Below, in pieces: positions 1 through 11,650 of a DNA stretch of 64,000 nt. Below the pieces are notes generated by a model that ran no database searches, had not been told where the DNA came from, and saw only the letters and a list, made by a program, of their open reading frames with translations. Origin of the DNA: Macrostomum lignano (taxonomy: Eukaryota); contig NIVC01003276.1 in NCBI GenBank assembly GCA_002269645.1, positions 1 to 64,000 of the forward strand. The letters are read 5' to 3'. Each line of letters starts with the position of its first letter. The stretch's first letter is position 1. The position numbers and the translations under genes are program-made.

Positions 1-3000
1 AATCCTGGCAGTACCAGTTACGGGAGCGATGAACAATCTGCGAGTGAGACGCGACAAGGTTTGAATGCAATCAGGTATCTGATTAATAATAATCAATATT
101 TTCAACGATTTTCTGTCGGTATGATCGCGAAGCGTTGAATTCGTTGCCAGAGAATGGATATGCGCAGCAAATCAATGAAATGGTTAATCAATGGACACTC
201 AAGATGTCAATGTTGATCTGGATGCGGCGGAAGAGGAAGCCAGGCAGCCAGAAGAAGATGAGCAAAGGCAACAAATGGAAGAAGCTCAGTTGGAAGAGAC
301 GACAAGCGCTTTGCTGAATACGCCATTGCGTCGTTTGGAAGTAAAGATTTCGCGATCGTTGCTAGAAGAGAAATTGCAATGGCCAAGATCGAGCCGAGTA
401 CCGGTGAATGAATTCGAACAAGAAGGCTTGTTTAGTCTGGCCTATCCTCACCTATTTCCTGACGGCAAGGCGACTACAAGACTCCGCGAGTGCGTTCGAT
501 AGCCTGGGCGACTATGCGAAGCACTTGATGCAGTTTCACTGCCCGAGATTTCGTTGCGATCCTCGCTTTCGCTTTTTCATTGAGAACATGGTGATGCGAT
601 GGAGAGCATTGGAAGTTGGACGAGTATTTGTGCACGACAAGAATTTGGCTGGCTTAAGTGCGCCAGAGATGCTGGAGAAGCTGAAAGATCAGCAGTGATG
701 TCCAGCGTGTCAGCCAGAGCGTCAGAGTTGCGTGGAACAGCCAGCTATTGGCAAAGCAAGCGTAGACAGTTGGAAGCAATGATTAAAACAATTGGTTTGC
801 CGCACTATTTTGTGACGTTATCCGCGGCGGATATTCAGTGGCCAGAGTTGTTGCAAGTTTGGCAAATCGAAGAAGACGTCGACAATGATAATTGGCAAGA
901 AATCAAGCAAGAGTTGCTTTCCAGACTGCAAAAAGATCCTGGCATGGCGGATACTGTGTTTTGGATTCGTTTTGAATTGTTTTGCAGAAATTTTTTGTTG
1001 AACACTGGAAAGTAAAGGACTTTTGGTTTCGTATCGAGTATCAGAGTCGAGGAAGCCCGCATGTTCATGGCTGCGTTTGGATGCCGGACGGAGTGGATGT
1101 GACTTCGGAATCCTTGCAAGCAGAAGATTTGGTTGCCTTTGTGGACAAGTACATTTGCAGTTGGAACACGTGCATGGACGAATCAGATAGCGGTCGCGAA
1201 ATTTTGTCCGGCGGAGTAGGAGCGCAGCCGGCTCGATTGAAGCCGTCCGAAATTAAGGACGATAAAGCCGATTTGCAAGCACTTCTTCACAACAACATGA
1301 GGCACTCAAGGTGCAGTAATCGCTGCCTACGAAAGGAAAAGAACGGCTCTATGAAGTGTCGATACAAATATCCGCGAGATTTGCAGACAAAGACTGTCGC
1401 CAAAAAGCTGTCAAGTTTAAACTGGAAGGTTGAGACGCAGCGCAACGACCAATATATTGGCATGTACAATCCTCAAGTACTGTGCATGTGGAGAGCTAAC
1501 CTAGACATTCAGATGATTTCTTCGGCCAAAGATTTGATTCGCTATTTGATCAAGTATGCAAGCAAAGGAGAGAAGGAATCGGAGCAGTTGCAAGAGTTGA
1601 ATCGTCGCTATCTTTCTATGGAGCAGCAGCAGGAGTCAGTGGACATTGATAATGCAGCAGAAAATGATAATAATCAGCAGCAGCATGACGAGTATAGTCG
1701 AACAAATACTGCACGTCGCATTGTTCAGCAGCACTTGATGATGCAAGTTGGAGCGCGCGACTATTCAGCACAAGAGGCTATGCATCTGGTATTACAGACA
1801 CCGATGTACAAGGCGTCGCGAGAGTTTGTCTACGTTCAAACTGGCGAGACTAGAGCGATTGAGAGTCGAGGCGTTTGCAAGAATAGTATTGAAAAGTACG
1901 CAAATCGGCCGGCACAATTGGAGAATGAGACAATGTATCGATTCTTTTCGGACTATATTCCGCCGATGCGTCAACAAAGACGCGGTGGTGAACAAGTTGC
2001 CGTCTACAAGAAGCGACTAGCGGGCAAGGAAGCAGTTTTGATTGTGAGTCCGTTTTTTGCGCTCAACAGAAAGCGACGATAAACGGCGCGAACAATACTA
2101 TCGGCAGCAGGTACTACTGTGGAGCTGTTGGCGAACCGAAGAGCAAGCAAAGGGATCGCATGCAAGCTGGCGCGAGGCCTACGAGGCGATGATGCAAACG
2201 GAAGCGTGTCAGCTGGTTGTGCGCGATTTGGACGACCTGCGCAACGATGAAGCCGACGAGGAGGAACGCGAAGCAGTCGCCGATTTGCCAGACATGACTG
2301 CCGCGAATGCCGAATCAGTTGCTGGTCCAGCTTATCCGGAGCGTCAGCAAGAGGATTGGATGGCAGCACTGGGTGCAAAGCATGCGGACATTCAGCTGAA
2401 TGTCAACAAGAATCCGGAAGACACTCTGCCAGTTGCGCCAGAAGGTTTCGATTGGAGTGCTGCTTCAGATTGGCAATTTCCGAGTCTGGCAGAGGCAAAG
2501 CAGTTTTTAATGACCGAACTGACTAAGCCTGTTAGACGTGTAGCTGGAATTACCATCGAAGATGGTGCAGGCGCTAATCGTCAAACGATTGACGTTTCAC
2601 TGCTTAATGAGAGACAGCGGAAGCTCTACGACATGATTGACAATCAATTGAAGCTTGAACGGCTGGCCGAAAGTGACACGACTAACAATAGTACTGAGTC
2701 GGGAAAGATGCCTCCACCACTGCGAGTAATTTTGTATGGCAGCGCTGGAACAGGCAAGAGTTTTCTGATTGCTGCACTACGAAAATTGATTGGCGAGGAC
2801 AAGTGCAAAGTAATGGCACCGACTGGTGTGGCTGCGTTCAACATTGCTGGCGAGACACTGCATTCAGCGTTGAAGTTGAACGTAAAGTTTTCGACTACGG
2901 CGTGTACTACTAATGCTGACGGTTCAACGACTTCGGGCAGCAGCAAGGCATTGTCAGACATGCAATCGTATGGTCAAACGTGCGCTACATAATCATTGAC

Positions 3001-4163
3001 GAGTTTAGCATGGTTGGCCAAAGGACACTGGCAAAGGTGCACAACCGTCTGTGCGAACTGTTTCCTGAGGAGAAGCGAGACACGCTTGAAGAAGGATATT
3101 TCGGCGGACGGTCAATCATTTTGGTTGGCGATGTGTTTCAGCTGCCTCCCGTGCAAGACAAACAGCTGTACGTGTTTAACAAGAATGCCAAAGATAATTT
3201 GACACCGATTGGCTATCAAGTGTATCAGAGTTTCAAAACGGTTGTTTATCTAAAAAGCAGGTGCGTCAAGCAAATGACACAGAGTTTGCCAGCATTTTAG
3301 AGTCTCTTCGCGAAGGCAAAGTAACCGAAGCCATTTGGAAGACTGTAATGGACAAGTGTCAAGTAGCAGCTGCAGACATGCTACCGCTAGATGTTGATGG
3401 CAAATGCACGCTATTGTACCACACAAATGAAGATGTGTCTAATGCCAATTGTGAGGAGCTGCGAAAAATTGTCGATGATAACAATCCGGTGCGGATAATC
3501 AATGCAACTTGTACTGGAAGGCAACCGCTGATTGGCAACAATGCTGCTGATAGTAGCAAGCAGAAATCGGAGACAGGCCTAGCCAGGCGACTATTTCTGG
3601 CGATTGGAGCACGTGTGATGTTGACTCGGAACCTATCTGTGCAAAATGGCCTGGTGAATGGCTCGGTTGGTACGGTTCGTGGCATCTGCTACGCGAATGG
3701 AAAGAAGCCGCCAAATGATTTGCCCGACTGCGTTTGGGTTGAATTCGAGCGCTACAATGGCCCGGCAATGCAAGCCATGCGGCTGCCCAGAGAAGATGGT
3801 AATAGTAGTAGCAGCGAGTGTGCACCGACAGTTTCTGTTGTGCCAATTCTACCAGTATCAAGCCAGTGGCTTCAGCGAGGCGCCAGCTTGTCGAGACATC
3901 AGTTTCCGCTGAGGCTAGCCTGGGCAATCACTATTCACAAGTCGCAAGGCCTAACGATTGACAAGGCGTTTGTACAGCTGGGCAAGGGCCGCAAGTCGCC
4001 GCCAGCAGGTCTGTACTACACTGCCGTGAGTAGAGTTCGTGCTTTGTCTGATCTGTTTGTTACCTGTTGCGATTTCGTTAGATTTCAGCGCCTATTTTCT
4101 ACAGGCGGTATTGTAGCACAGGTAAATGAACAGAAGCGATTATTAGATTTGTGCGAGAAATGA
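1..4163 (+). mobile_element. Helentron/Helitron2-type rolling-circle transposon Rep-PIF1 helicase ORF, 5' truncated by the window, broken by about 8 frameshifts
   Basis: Rep motifs YFVTLSAADIQWPEL (599..1015), FWFRIEYQSRGSPHVHGCVW (HUH) and RYLIKYASK (982..2082). PIF1 motifs ILYGSAGTGKS, APTGVAAFNIAGETLHSAL, IIIDEFSMVG, ILVGDVFQLPPV, RQAND, QFPLRLAWAITIHKSQGLT, YTAVSRVR. Stop at 4161-4163; no C-terminal endonuclease seen. Confidence 0.95.
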
Positions 4164-5998
4164 GCCAGCAGTATTTGGCAGTTTTTAACTGAAAATGTGC
4201 ACGAATCTATATAATATAGAGCAAACAATGGCTCTGAGAAAAAACGGTGTTTGCGGTCTTAATGAAAGTCTTGCGCGTTGCTTTTGTGTGTGTTAAGTGT
4301 AGTACAGTGTTTTGTTCTTAAATAGCCGTTTCTCCTAGGCTTTGAATAGCTATATAGGACTGATTTAATTTCGTTAGATTGGGATTGGGAAGTATAAAGC
4401 AAAATAAGCATTTCAAGTCGTCTTAAGTCGTTTTAAATCACTTTTTAATTAACCATACAGTGTTATCAGCCACCTTGCTCAGTTTATCAGTCAAAAAGTT
4501 GAATAGTTTATTTAATCAATTTAAATTCATTTTAATATTTGAAAAAGAGGTTTGATTTCGGGGTATTTCTTTTAAATTCGTTTTTAAATATTGTATAAAA
4601 TGGATAAGTAAAGCAACGCGCAAGGCTTTCACTCTGTGAAGCGTGGGGCTGACACGTGTGCCAGGGTAGACTATTGACGAGTTATGCCAAAGTGCTGTCA
4701 ATAGTTTGCTGTTGGGTCACAAGGATAATATATGAATTGTGATTGAGTGTCAGTCTAATAAATTTTCGGCCTGAGTTACGCAGATAATTCTGGCGGGTAC
4801 TTATGCCTGTTGGTTAGATAAGTCTCGTGCTGTTGCGTGACTATTCGGTGTCTGTTGAATAAGCTTCTTAAATATGTATGCATAGGTGTTATCTTGGTAG
4901 CTAAGCCAGTTAAAATGTATCATATAAAGAATTATTGAGCAAGAAAATATACAAACACAAAGGAGATCTTTTATTTTGTAGGATTGTAGTTAGTAAGACA
5001 TTAATTACGAAAAGTATAAAAATATTCACAGTTCTAGTAGTTGCTCAATAATCTCTCAATAATTGCAATTATTCCAAGACTATAACGTCTTTAACAACAG
5101 TTTATAAGTATGTAAGTAGTTTCCTTTTCTGTTGTGAGAGTATAGTCTAAAATGTTTATACCAAAGTGCCCGATAAATTAAAAAAGAAGCTTGTTGAAAC
5201 GACAAAACCAGTCAGAGGAGTACCAGAACTCAGAGCTGTGAGTGCCATGCAGTTTTAAAGGTTGTTCTAATTGTTTATGTGAGTGTCATTTAGCAGTATT
5301 TTTAGGAAGAAATTTTGGTGGGAAAAACTGAATAATAACTCAATACACGATTTGAGTAAGATTCATAGCGCCCTTAAGTGCCTGACAGCCCCCCACCAAA
5401 TATTCCTTGATTTGGAAGCACTTTAGCACGTGTTCGGCACCAAATTGTACTTTATAGGTAGGCGCCCTGTTCATCCCTATCGAATAAAAATCCTACATCC
5501 GCTACTAAGCCATGTGTAAACTAAATTGGTTCAATCGACATATTTAATGGTCGGAGTTACATTCATAAATATTTATTAAGAATCTACTGATAATTATTTC
5601 CCAGTAGAGTAACAAATTAAAGTCATATGAATAGGACCTTTATAGTTAACGGTATATCCGGTTTCGCCTTAAAAGTGCATTTTAAGTGTAGGAACATTCA
5701 AATTAAATAAACACCTTAAACTGCAAAGGGCACGGGTTTACAACAGCAAACCTTGAATGATACGCTGCAGGGCTGACACGCAAACACGTCTGACAAGGTG
5801 AAACGAGAAGGTGCATTTTAAAGGTGCAACCTGATAAATTATAGCACAAAGTGTGCGAATGACCTGTCAGAATCGTATTAGTGCTAAAAAAGCAAGTGTT
5901 TTGTTACTTTGTATTTTGGTTTTTTGTCTTAGATTGATTTTAAATTTCGTCTACTATATTGGCTTCTTACGTAATTTCGGGACTAGAGGAGATAGTTT

Positions 5999-6260
5999 CT
6001 CAAATACTTTGGTGTTTAGACGGGATCTTGGGCTCTCAAATACTTTGGGTGATTAGAGGGGATCTTGGGCTCTCAAATACTTTGGGTGATTAAAAAAGAT
6101 TATGGGCTCTCAAATACTGTGATGATTAGATGGGAATGTACGTGGCTTCTCAATTACTGTGATGATTAGAAGGGATTTTGGCTTTTCAAATACTCTGCTG
6201 ATCAGAGGAGATCCTGGCTTCGTGAATACGTTTGGTGATTAGAGGGGATCTTGGGTTCTT
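5999..6260. repeat. Degenerate 36-38 bp tandem repeat, about 7 copies
   Basis: Unit tctcaaatactttggtgtttagacgggatcttgggc and variants. Confidence 0.8.
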
Positions 6261-6658
6261 GGCCAAATAATTATTTGGGAATTGCGGATTCTGGCTGCTT
6301 CTAAAGCAACTGTGGGTTTATTGGGAAAAGACGGGGCAATACGAGCTATCTAGAATGAAATATGGTCCGGTTGAAATTGGGTGAAGGGATGATTAGGTTC
6401 ACTGACATACTGTATATGAATATAATTCCATAATTTTTATTGTATGCGTTATTTCATTCATTAAAATGTGTTTTTATGCATTCGGTATTCTTGTTGTTCC
6501 GTATATGGATTTTTTCCTCAGCTCAAAATTGTTACATTTCAAGCATTTTGACAATTTATTTTTCCACTTCTTTCTACTGTTTGTACATGAAATGCTTCTT
6601 TCGCATCCATATCATCAGTACTCCATTCGTGTAGTTGCGAAACATTTAGAAAGACCAG

Positions 6659-7622
6659 AAGCACTGCAAATCAGGTAAGCTTTCATTTGTATTATTCACC
6701 ATTGTCATGACTATATGACACCCTCTATTTGTTTTTTTTATTTAAATGACAAAAAGTTGTAAACCAATTTGACATTTACATGTAACACGAGCCAGGGCGT
6801 TGCGACTAAGTCATTTACAACTGCAGCGTACCTGACGTGCAAGATGTTCACCGACAGCAACCAAGGTGGTACGCAGTGCCAGTTGTTCATTCACCTGCTG
6901 GGCGGTCTGGTGTCAAACTTTCAATGACTGGCATGCATGCGATCGCTACAGCGAGACATACAGTTGAAAAACTGTTTCTGAAATTTAGAAAAACGAAAAG
7001 CACTGCAATTCAGGTAAGCTTTCATTTGTATTATTCACCATTGTCATGACTATATGACTCACTATTTGTTTTTTGATAAAAGTTGTAATCCAATTTGACA
7101 TTTACATGTAACACGAGCCAGGGCGTTGCGACTAAGTCATTTACAACTGCAGCGTACCTGACATGCAAGATGTTCACCGACAGCAACCAAGGTGGTACGC
7201 AGTGCCAGTTGTTCATTCACCTGCTGGGCGGTCTGGTGTCAAACTTTCAATGACTGGCATGCATGCGATCGCTACAGCGAGACATACAGTTGAAAAACTG
7301 TTTCTGAAATTTAGAAAAACGAAAAGCACTGCAATTAAGGTAAGCTTTCATTTGTATTATTCACCATTGTCATGACTATATGACACACTATTTGTTTTTT
7401 GATAAAAGTTGTAATCCAATTTGACATTTACATGTAACACGAGCCAGGGCGTTGCGACTAAGTCATTTACAACTGCAGCGTACCTGACATGCAAGATGTT
7501 CACCGACAGCAACCAAGGTGGTACGCAGTGCCAGTTGTTCATTCACCTGCTGGGCGGTCTGGTGTCAAACTTTCAACGACGGGTACTCAACGACTGGCAT
7601 GCATGCGATCGCTACAGCGAGA
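6659..7622. repeat. About 326-bp tandem triplication
   Basis: Near-identical blocks beginning aagcactgca(a)at..aggtaagctttcatttg near 6659, 6998 and 7324; duplicated ORFs 6837/7163 and 7031/7357 are offset by 326. Confidence 0.92.
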
Positions 7623-7659
7623 CTTAAAGTTGAAAAACTTTTTCTAACAACGATGCTTA

Positions 7660-8215
7660 TCTGATGATTGTAGTAAAAGTTCTCGGAATATTTACTACAA
7701 TATTCACTTCATTCAAACTTATTATTATTTTTATTAATTTATTAGTATTCAATGTAATTTGCATCAGAGGCAATAACCTCCTGCCAACGTCCATACAGAG
7801 AATGGATGCTTTTGCGGTACCACTCGGAGTTGTGAGAGTCGAATAAGTCACGCAGATGCTTCTCCAAGTCCTCCTCATCTTTGAAGCTGTGAGCAGCCAT
7901 GGACTGGCTGAGCGCGGCAAAAGGTGGTAGTCGGTAGGCACAAGATCTGGGCTGTAATATGGGTGGAGAAGAACTTCCCAACCCAGCGTCAGCAGCATTG
8001 AGAATGGCCAGATATCTAGGTCACGAGTTGCCAGTTTATGCGACACCCAGCACTTGAGTTTAGCTTTTAGATTTCAAAACATAACGCCTGTTGTCTGCTG
8101 ATTGTTCTACGCGATGAGCACTTCCAGGGCATCGTCATCATTGAGTTCAGGTGAACGCTCACTTCAAGACGTGTCCTCAAGGCCCAGTTGTCCATTCTTG
8201 TAGCGCTTGTACGAG
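7660..8215 (-). mobile_element. Internally deleted mariner (DD34D) transposase remnant
   Basis: C-terminal GWEVLLHPYYSPDLVPTDYHL and FKDEEDLEKHLRDLFDSHNSEWYRKSIHSLYGRWQEVIASDANYIEY*. Decayed N-terminal segment YKRYKNGQLGLEDTS*SERSPELNDDDALEVLIA*NNQQTT at about 8090-8215. Most of the catalytic core is missing. Confidence 0.85.
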
Positions 8216-8614
8216 CTACCAATCCTACACCCTGGAGGTCTTGATGGTGGACTGGGAATGGGACTCGGACTGGGAATAAGTAATACCGTATTTATACTCA
8301 TGAAAAAGTTCTAGAAAATTCAAGAAAAAAGTTGTATTGAAATGTTTTAAAAATTCCGAAAACTTTCCCTACAATCAGATACTTGAATACTGTTCAAATT
8401 CCATTGATACGTCCAAACTGCAAATGAAATTGTGCATTTATTAAGTGTTATGCTTAGCATTTTTTCTGTAAAAGTCTCTCACTCTCTGTTTAATAATACC
8501 CTATTTTCTTAACCAGTTAGCATCTTGTTATATTAGACAACTTTTCACATTTAGTGTACACACTTGTATGTTTTTCCAGAGTGTTTGTCTAAGTCTGTCT
8601 GATCGTATGTTCAT

Positions 8615-8645
8615 CTCTTCAACAGTCTGTCTGTCTCTCTGTCTC

Positions 8646-8683
<38 letters not shown>

Positions 8684-8830
8684 GGTTTGTCTGTTTGTCT
8701 GTTTGTCTGTCTTTCTGTCTGTTCAGCCGTTTAACTATCTTTCTGTTCATCTGTTTATCTGTCTGTCAGATTGTATGTTTGTCTCTTTTTCTGTCCATCT
8801 ATCCATTTATGTATCTATCTATGAACCATA
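8615..8830. repeat. (TCTG)n-type microsatellite / low complexity
   Basis: Runs of ctgtctgt and tctatct. Confidence 0.85.
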
Positions 8831-9179
8831 TGTACGTCTATTTAATCTATAATATCTATAGAAGCAGTAAGAGTTAATTAAAGCTCCATTCGACAACAAC
8901 TTTATGCAGTGACCCCTACTCTCTACTTCTTTCCTTTCTCCCCTCAGTCTTCTCTCTCTTATATCTACTGCCTGTATCTGTTTTGTTCAGGGTTCAGTAC
9001 CAATCGGAAAATAAATATCACCTCCCTGATCTGGATATGATTTTGGCCAAATGCGTATTAGCCCTATGCCAAAGGTTAAAGTCTACGCTTAACTGATGGC
9101 TGACATGGCAGGCTCCTTGTCCTTTAAATCCAAGAAAGCAAAGCAAATTTAAATTCCATTCGCCACTAAAACTCTTTGG

Positions 9180-9223
9180 CTCCTTCCTCTCTCCTCTCTC
9201 CTCTCTCTCTCTCTCCTCTCTCC

Positions 9224-9318
<95 letters not shown>
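9180..9318. repeat. (CT)n microsatellite
   Basis: Direct reading. Confidence 0.95.
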
Positions 9319-9952
9319 AGTCTTCACTAGGCCCAGTCATGAGGTCTTTTGGCCTTAGTTCTTTGTCCATATGACAAAGTTCATATGTCTGTTTTCTGTC
9401 TAACTATCTATGTACTGTTTACTGTCAGTTTGTTAGTTGGCCTGTCTATGGATTACACTATCTTCGTAAGACAGCACAAGTTCGTTGTAAAACGTTTTTA
9501 GTTGAGTAGCGTTAAAACATTAATATTTTCCAGTAGCGCAATAGCCTTAGCGCAAACGGAGTATAATTAGGATTTTTTACAAATATTAACAAAGGTTAAC
9601 AAATTAGCCTAAACAGTTTTATAAATTAACGTAATTAAATTGCCATATTGTCACTCCTGTCAAAGTGTATTCTACTTATATTAGCAGCTAAGCTTTGCTA
9701 CTCTCCCTTTTGAGTACTTTTTTATTCCGTTTCTTAAAAAATACAATTTTCATTTTAATAGAATTTTATAAAATTTTGAATTCGTTCCATTTAATTTATA
9801 AAAGTTGATAAGGTAGTCAAATACCAACTCAAAGTAATGTTCGTGATTAGCCTATTGAGAATTTATACGAGCAGTGCAGTCTATGTACAGACGACACATT
9901 ACAGACAGACAGTCACACAGCTAATATTAGTTGCACAACTTTCTTCTTTCAG

Positions 9953-10482
9953 ATGATCGTAAAACTATATTTCAATGAACAGGGAGGCGGGCGAGGCGAA
10001 GGCGGGCGAGGCGGTGGCGGGCGAGGCGGAGGCGGGCGAGGCAGAGGCGGAGGCGGGCGAGGCGGAGGCGGAGGCGGACGAGGCGGAGGCGGAGGCGGAA
10101 GCGGAGGCGGAAGCGGAGGCGGAGGCGGGCAAGGCGGAGGAGGAGATGGCGGCGGAGGAGGAGATGGCGGAGGAGGAGGAGATGGTGGAGGAAGAGGAGG
10201 CGGGAAGGGTTCAGTGCAAAGTAAGTCTGAATTAGTATAAATGTGTATATACATACACGTATGTATATAAATAGCAAAAACGCTTACAATCATTTCTATA
10301 TTGTAGAGAGATGCTTCGTCTGTAAGAAAATAGGGCACATTGCCCGTAACTGCTGGAAAAAAAAAAACAGCAGACAAAGCAACAAGAGCAGCCGCAACAG
10401 CAGACAACGCAACAAGAGCAGCAGGAGAAGCAGGGATGACAGTGCATTTGGACTGAGGGTAGTTTTGTGTACTAATGGCTAA
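9953..10482 (+). CDS. Spliced Gly/Arg-rich (RGG) + CCHC zinc-knuckle protein; exons 9953-10220 and 10307-about 10482; 5' and 3' ends uncertain
   Basis: Acceptor ttcttctttcag|ATG at 9953, donor AA|gtaagt at 10221, acceptor ttgtag|AG at 10307. The phase-1 intron joins ...GGKGSVQ-K-RCFVCKKIGHIARNCW (CX2CX4HX4C) in frame. The frame after the A run near 10357-10368 is uncertain. Confidence 0.6.
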
Positions 10483-10489
10483 ATGAAAG

Positions 10490-10847
10490 GGAATAGAGAA
10501 AAGAGAAAAGGAAAGAGTAGATAAAATATTAGATGAAAGAGAACATGAAAAGAGAGAATTAAAAGGGATAGATTAGAGAAAAGAAAAAAGAGAATAAAGG
10601 CGAGAGAAGAGATGAGGGAATTGAGAGGAGAGAGGAGAGGGGGTAAGAGAGGTGAAAGAGGAGACAGGAGGGAGTAGAGCCGAAAAGACGAGAGAGAATA
10701 GATAAATGAGTAGAGATGAGAAGAGGGAGAGGAGAGAGAAGCGAGAGGATAAGGGAGAGAGGAGAGGGTAGAAAGTAGAGAGATGACAGAGCAGAGAGGA
10801 GATAAAGGAGAGGAGAGAGAAGATGAGAGAGGGGAGAGAGAGGAGGG
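10490..10847. repeat. GA-rich low-complexity tract
   Basis: Purine-only runs. Confidence 0.85.
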
Positions 10848-11334
10848 GAAAACCCGTGTTTGAATCGCGTAAATTTTTAGTTTGTTTTTGTTAAGCATTT
10901 TTAAAATTGTTCAAACAGTTACTGTATTTTAACTTTGTGTTTATAAATGTAAATGTATGAAAATAAAATCTTACTGATCGAATGTGTTGTTAGCGTTAAA
11001 TATATAATTACAAAGGTTTAATTGTCTTCCATGCAGCAAAGTATCTTGCGCTTATTTGGCAACTCTGATTGTAGCGGTGAACATTAACGCTTCGCATTTT
11101 GATGCACAGCACGGACGGAGTCCAGACAGAATGACAAATGTGTTAACTGTTGGTTGGTGTCTGCCCAAACTGAGCTTAGCTGCGCAAATATCATTAGCCA
11201 AATATGCTGTGCTCTTTCTAACTGCTAGGGTGGCCCTGCGCCTGAGTGGCACACTCAATTATTGCTTCTTAATTAAGTTCTTAATTTGGGTTTAATAAAC
11301 AGGTCAAAGCCGTAAAAGTTACAAACATTAAAAC

Positions 11335-11377
11335 CATCGTCCCACCTTTGAAGACGACAGCGTCTTCATTTTACTAG
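11335..11377 (+). mobile_element. Helentron/Helitron-like 3' terminus of an upstream element
   Basis: subTIR catcgtcccac 11335-11345, hairpin tgaagacg-acag-cgtcttca 11349-11368, CTAG 11374-11377 followed by T. The same terminus recurs at 16019-16060. Confidence 0.7.
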
Positions 11378-11614
11378 TTGTGGGACGATGAGCCAGTAAG
11401 TAGTATAGAAAAAAAGGCGAGCGAAGCGAGAATTTTTTTCTATACTGCTTACTTTTGCGAAATCGTCCCTGATAAGATGTAGCAACGGTGTCACATAGGA
11501 AAATGACGTTTTTCAACTTTGAAACGCTGCCAATAAAAAACGGTACGACCGATTTGCAAACAGTTTTTGCCAAAATGTGTCAAAGACCTAGCGCTATCGG
11601 ATGCACAATAGTTG

Positions 11615-11650
11615 GTTGCTATGGCAACGCGTTTTGGTTGCCATGGCAAC
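11615..11650. promoter_or_regulatory. Two palindromic RFX X-box-like motifs
   Basis: gttgctatggcaac 11615-11628 and gttgccatggcaac 11637-11650 match the GTTGCCATGGCAAC consensus; function untested. Confidence 0.35.

Noticed and set aside
4931-5052. Perfect 12-bp inverted repeat attattgagcaa/ttgctcaataat as a Helentron terminus
   Set aside because: AT-rich, with no associated GC hairpin or terminal motif.
5655-5836. Imperfect 24-bp inverted repeat (possible MITE)
   Set aside because: About 5 mismatches and no clear TSD; too weak without other copies.
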